Source of the DNA: Methanobacteriota archaeon
Lineage (GTDB): Archaea; Halobacteriota; Bog-38; Methanoflorentales; Methanoflorentaceae
Reading direction: 5' to 3'
Assembly (NCBI GenBank): GCA_963720465.1
Contig: OY970393.1
Coordinates: 1,056,001-1,120,000 of the forward strand
DNA length: 64,000 bases
Shown here: piece after piece, positions 62,600 through 64,000 of the stretch
Layout of the letters: the number at the start of each line of letters is the position of its first letter
Position numbering within the stretch: position 1 is the stretch's first letter
The notes under the pieces: generated by a model
Seen by the model: the letters and a program-made list of their open reading frames with translations, nothing else
What the model was told of the DNA's origin: nothing
Database searches by the model: none
Position numbers and translations under genes: made by a program

Positions 62600-63598
62600 T
62601 CACGAATAGGGCTCTTTTAGGAGTTTTCGGATCTCGTCTTCTGAAAGATGGGTGCTGGAGAACGACGTGTAGTTCAGTTTCGAGCCTTTGGTTTGTACTT
62701 CAGTGTTGGCTGAATCGATCACGTAAAGTCCGTCCATTTCAGTCGCATACTCTGCTTCATCCTCGGTCATGAGCTCTTCGTGCATCTTCTCTCCCGGCCT
62801 CTTTCCGACGCTCTTTATCGTGACTTCTTCTGGTGCAACGCCATATGTGGGCGCGAGCTCTTCTATGACGGCTCGTGCGAGATCAATGATTTTTACGGAG
62901 GGCATCTTTAACACAAAGACTTCGCCACCTCGCATCCGGGTCGTTGCTTGCAGTATGAGGTCGACTGCTTGTGATACGCTCATGATGAAGCGCGTCATTC
63001 CCGCATTAGTGACCATAATGCTTCGATGGTCTCTGATCTGCTTAGCGAAGACAGGAACAACAGAGCCACGCGTGTTCACTACATTACCAAACCGCACGCA
63101 CGAAAAGGCGGTCTTTCTGTGACCTTTGTAATAGTTCGCTGATATCACCAGGCGCTCTGCTAATAGTTTCGTTGCTCCCATCACGTTTCGTGGATTCACT
63201 GCTTTGTCGGTGCTGATTAGCATCATTTTTTCAATTTCCTCATCGAGCGCGGCGTCAATGACGTTCTGCGTTCCGTTCACGTTTGTTTGCACAGCCTCAA
63301 ACGGGTTGTACTCGCATAGGGGAACGTGTTTCAGCGCAGCGGCGTGAAGGAGTATATCGACGTCTTCGACTGCTCTCCTCAACCTGGTGTTTGTTCTCAC
63401 ATCGCCCACAAATGCGCGAACCCTGAGAGACGGCAAATCCTGTTTGAGTTCATAAAGGCCCCCTTCATTGTTGTCAAAGACCCTGATGACTCGCGGGTTA
63501 AATTCAAGGAGGCGCCTGACGAGGTGGCCTCCGATCGAACCGGATCCACCGGTAATGAGTATAACTTTGTCCTTATAAAATTCGTTTGGGTCTGTCAT
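62600..63598 (-). CDS. UDP-GlcNAc 4,6-dehydratase family (CapD/PseB-like)
   Basis: TGGSGSIG, HAAALKHV, STDKA, GATK, RFGNV, RPGEKMHEE. Confidence 0.9.
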   Translation of the reverse strand: MTDPNEFYKDKVILITGGSGSIGGHLVRRLLEFNPRVIRVFDNNEGGLYELKQDLPSLRVRAFVGDVRTNTRLRRAVEDVDILLHAAALKHVPLCEYNPFEAVQTNVNGTQNVIDAALDEEIEKMMLISTDKAVNPRNVMGATKLLAERLVISANYYKGHRKTAFSCVRFGNVVNTRGSVVPVFAKQIRDHRSIMVTNAGMTRFIMSVSQAVDLILQATTRMRGGEVFVLKMPSVKIIDLARAVIEELAPTYGVAPEEVTIKSVGKRPGEKMHEELMTEDEAEYATEMDGLYVIDSANTEVQTKGSKLNYTSFSSTHLSEDEIRKLLKEPYS

Positions 63599-64000
63599 CG
63601 TCTCCGTGCACTTCGTAAAAGTGTTTGATCTCATCGACTATATACGTAATATCTGCTTCAGCGAGAGTGGGATACATGGGTAAAGTTACGACGCGCGCGG
63701 CTACCTTCTCGGTGATGGGAAGCTTATCCGTGTACCCGAGAACGTCCTTGTAAAAGCGTGTCGTGTGCACGGGTTCGAAGTACACCTTCGTCGCGATGCC
63801 GCGTTCCTCTAAATAGCACATGAGTTTGTCTCTCTGCGGCGCTTGTACGGTGAACATCTGGTAAACGTGACGGTAGCCGTTCGGGGGCTTTGGGAGGATT
63901 ATGGCCGGCACGTCATCCCGGAGGCGAGCGGCGAGCGCGGCTGCTTTCTGTTGCCGCAACGATATGAGCCGGTCAACTTTCTCCAGTTGAGCGATTCCGA
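63573..64000 (-). CDS. DegT/DnrJ/EryC1/StrS aminotransferase (C-terminal part; 5' end outside window)
   Basis: HVYQMFTV, RD.L...L..RGI.T.VYF.PVH, LP..E....V.TLPMYP. Confidence 0.85.
   Translation of the reverse strand, partial: GIAQLEKVDRLISLRQQKAAALAARLRDDVPAIILPKPPNGYRHVYQMFTVQAPQRDKLMCYLEERGIATKVYFEPVHTTRFYKDVLGYTDKLPITEKVAARVVTLPMYPTLAEADITYIVDEIKHFYEVHGDDDRPKRIL

Overview
Archaeal chromosome segment, most consistent with a Halobacteriota/Methanomicrobia-like euryarchaeon (EndA, PAN, aMBF1, Trm112, XPB-Bax1, archaeal PurA/GuaAB/AspRS, methanogen-type FprA, DUF1724 regulators). Most of the window is housekeeping: DNA repair, His/Arg/nucleotide biosynthesis, SMC-ScpAB, tRNA-Glu(CTC). A surface-glycosylation cluster runs from about 53.4 kb to the end. 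The most unusual part is an accessory block at about 20-26 kb. It holds four paralogous genes that I cannot assign to a known family, built from a ~21-aa repeat (L-x4-[IVL]-x-G-[IVL]-x-Y-x-[DE]...) interrupted by a recurring 10-aa spacer. They form two convergent gene pairs, each with one soluble and one membrane-anchored member, around a DUF354 glycosyltransferase-like gene and a decayed GT2 gene. Next to them is an acidic ORF with possible Ocr-like (phage DNA-mimic) character. Other points of note: a Brr2/Mer3-type helicase fused to a 16-Cys zinc-ribbon tail, a +1 frameshift separating the SMC Walker A from the rest of the gene, several glycosylation pseudogene remnants, and several recent short duplications. 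All family calls come from motif recognition by eye; no searches were run.
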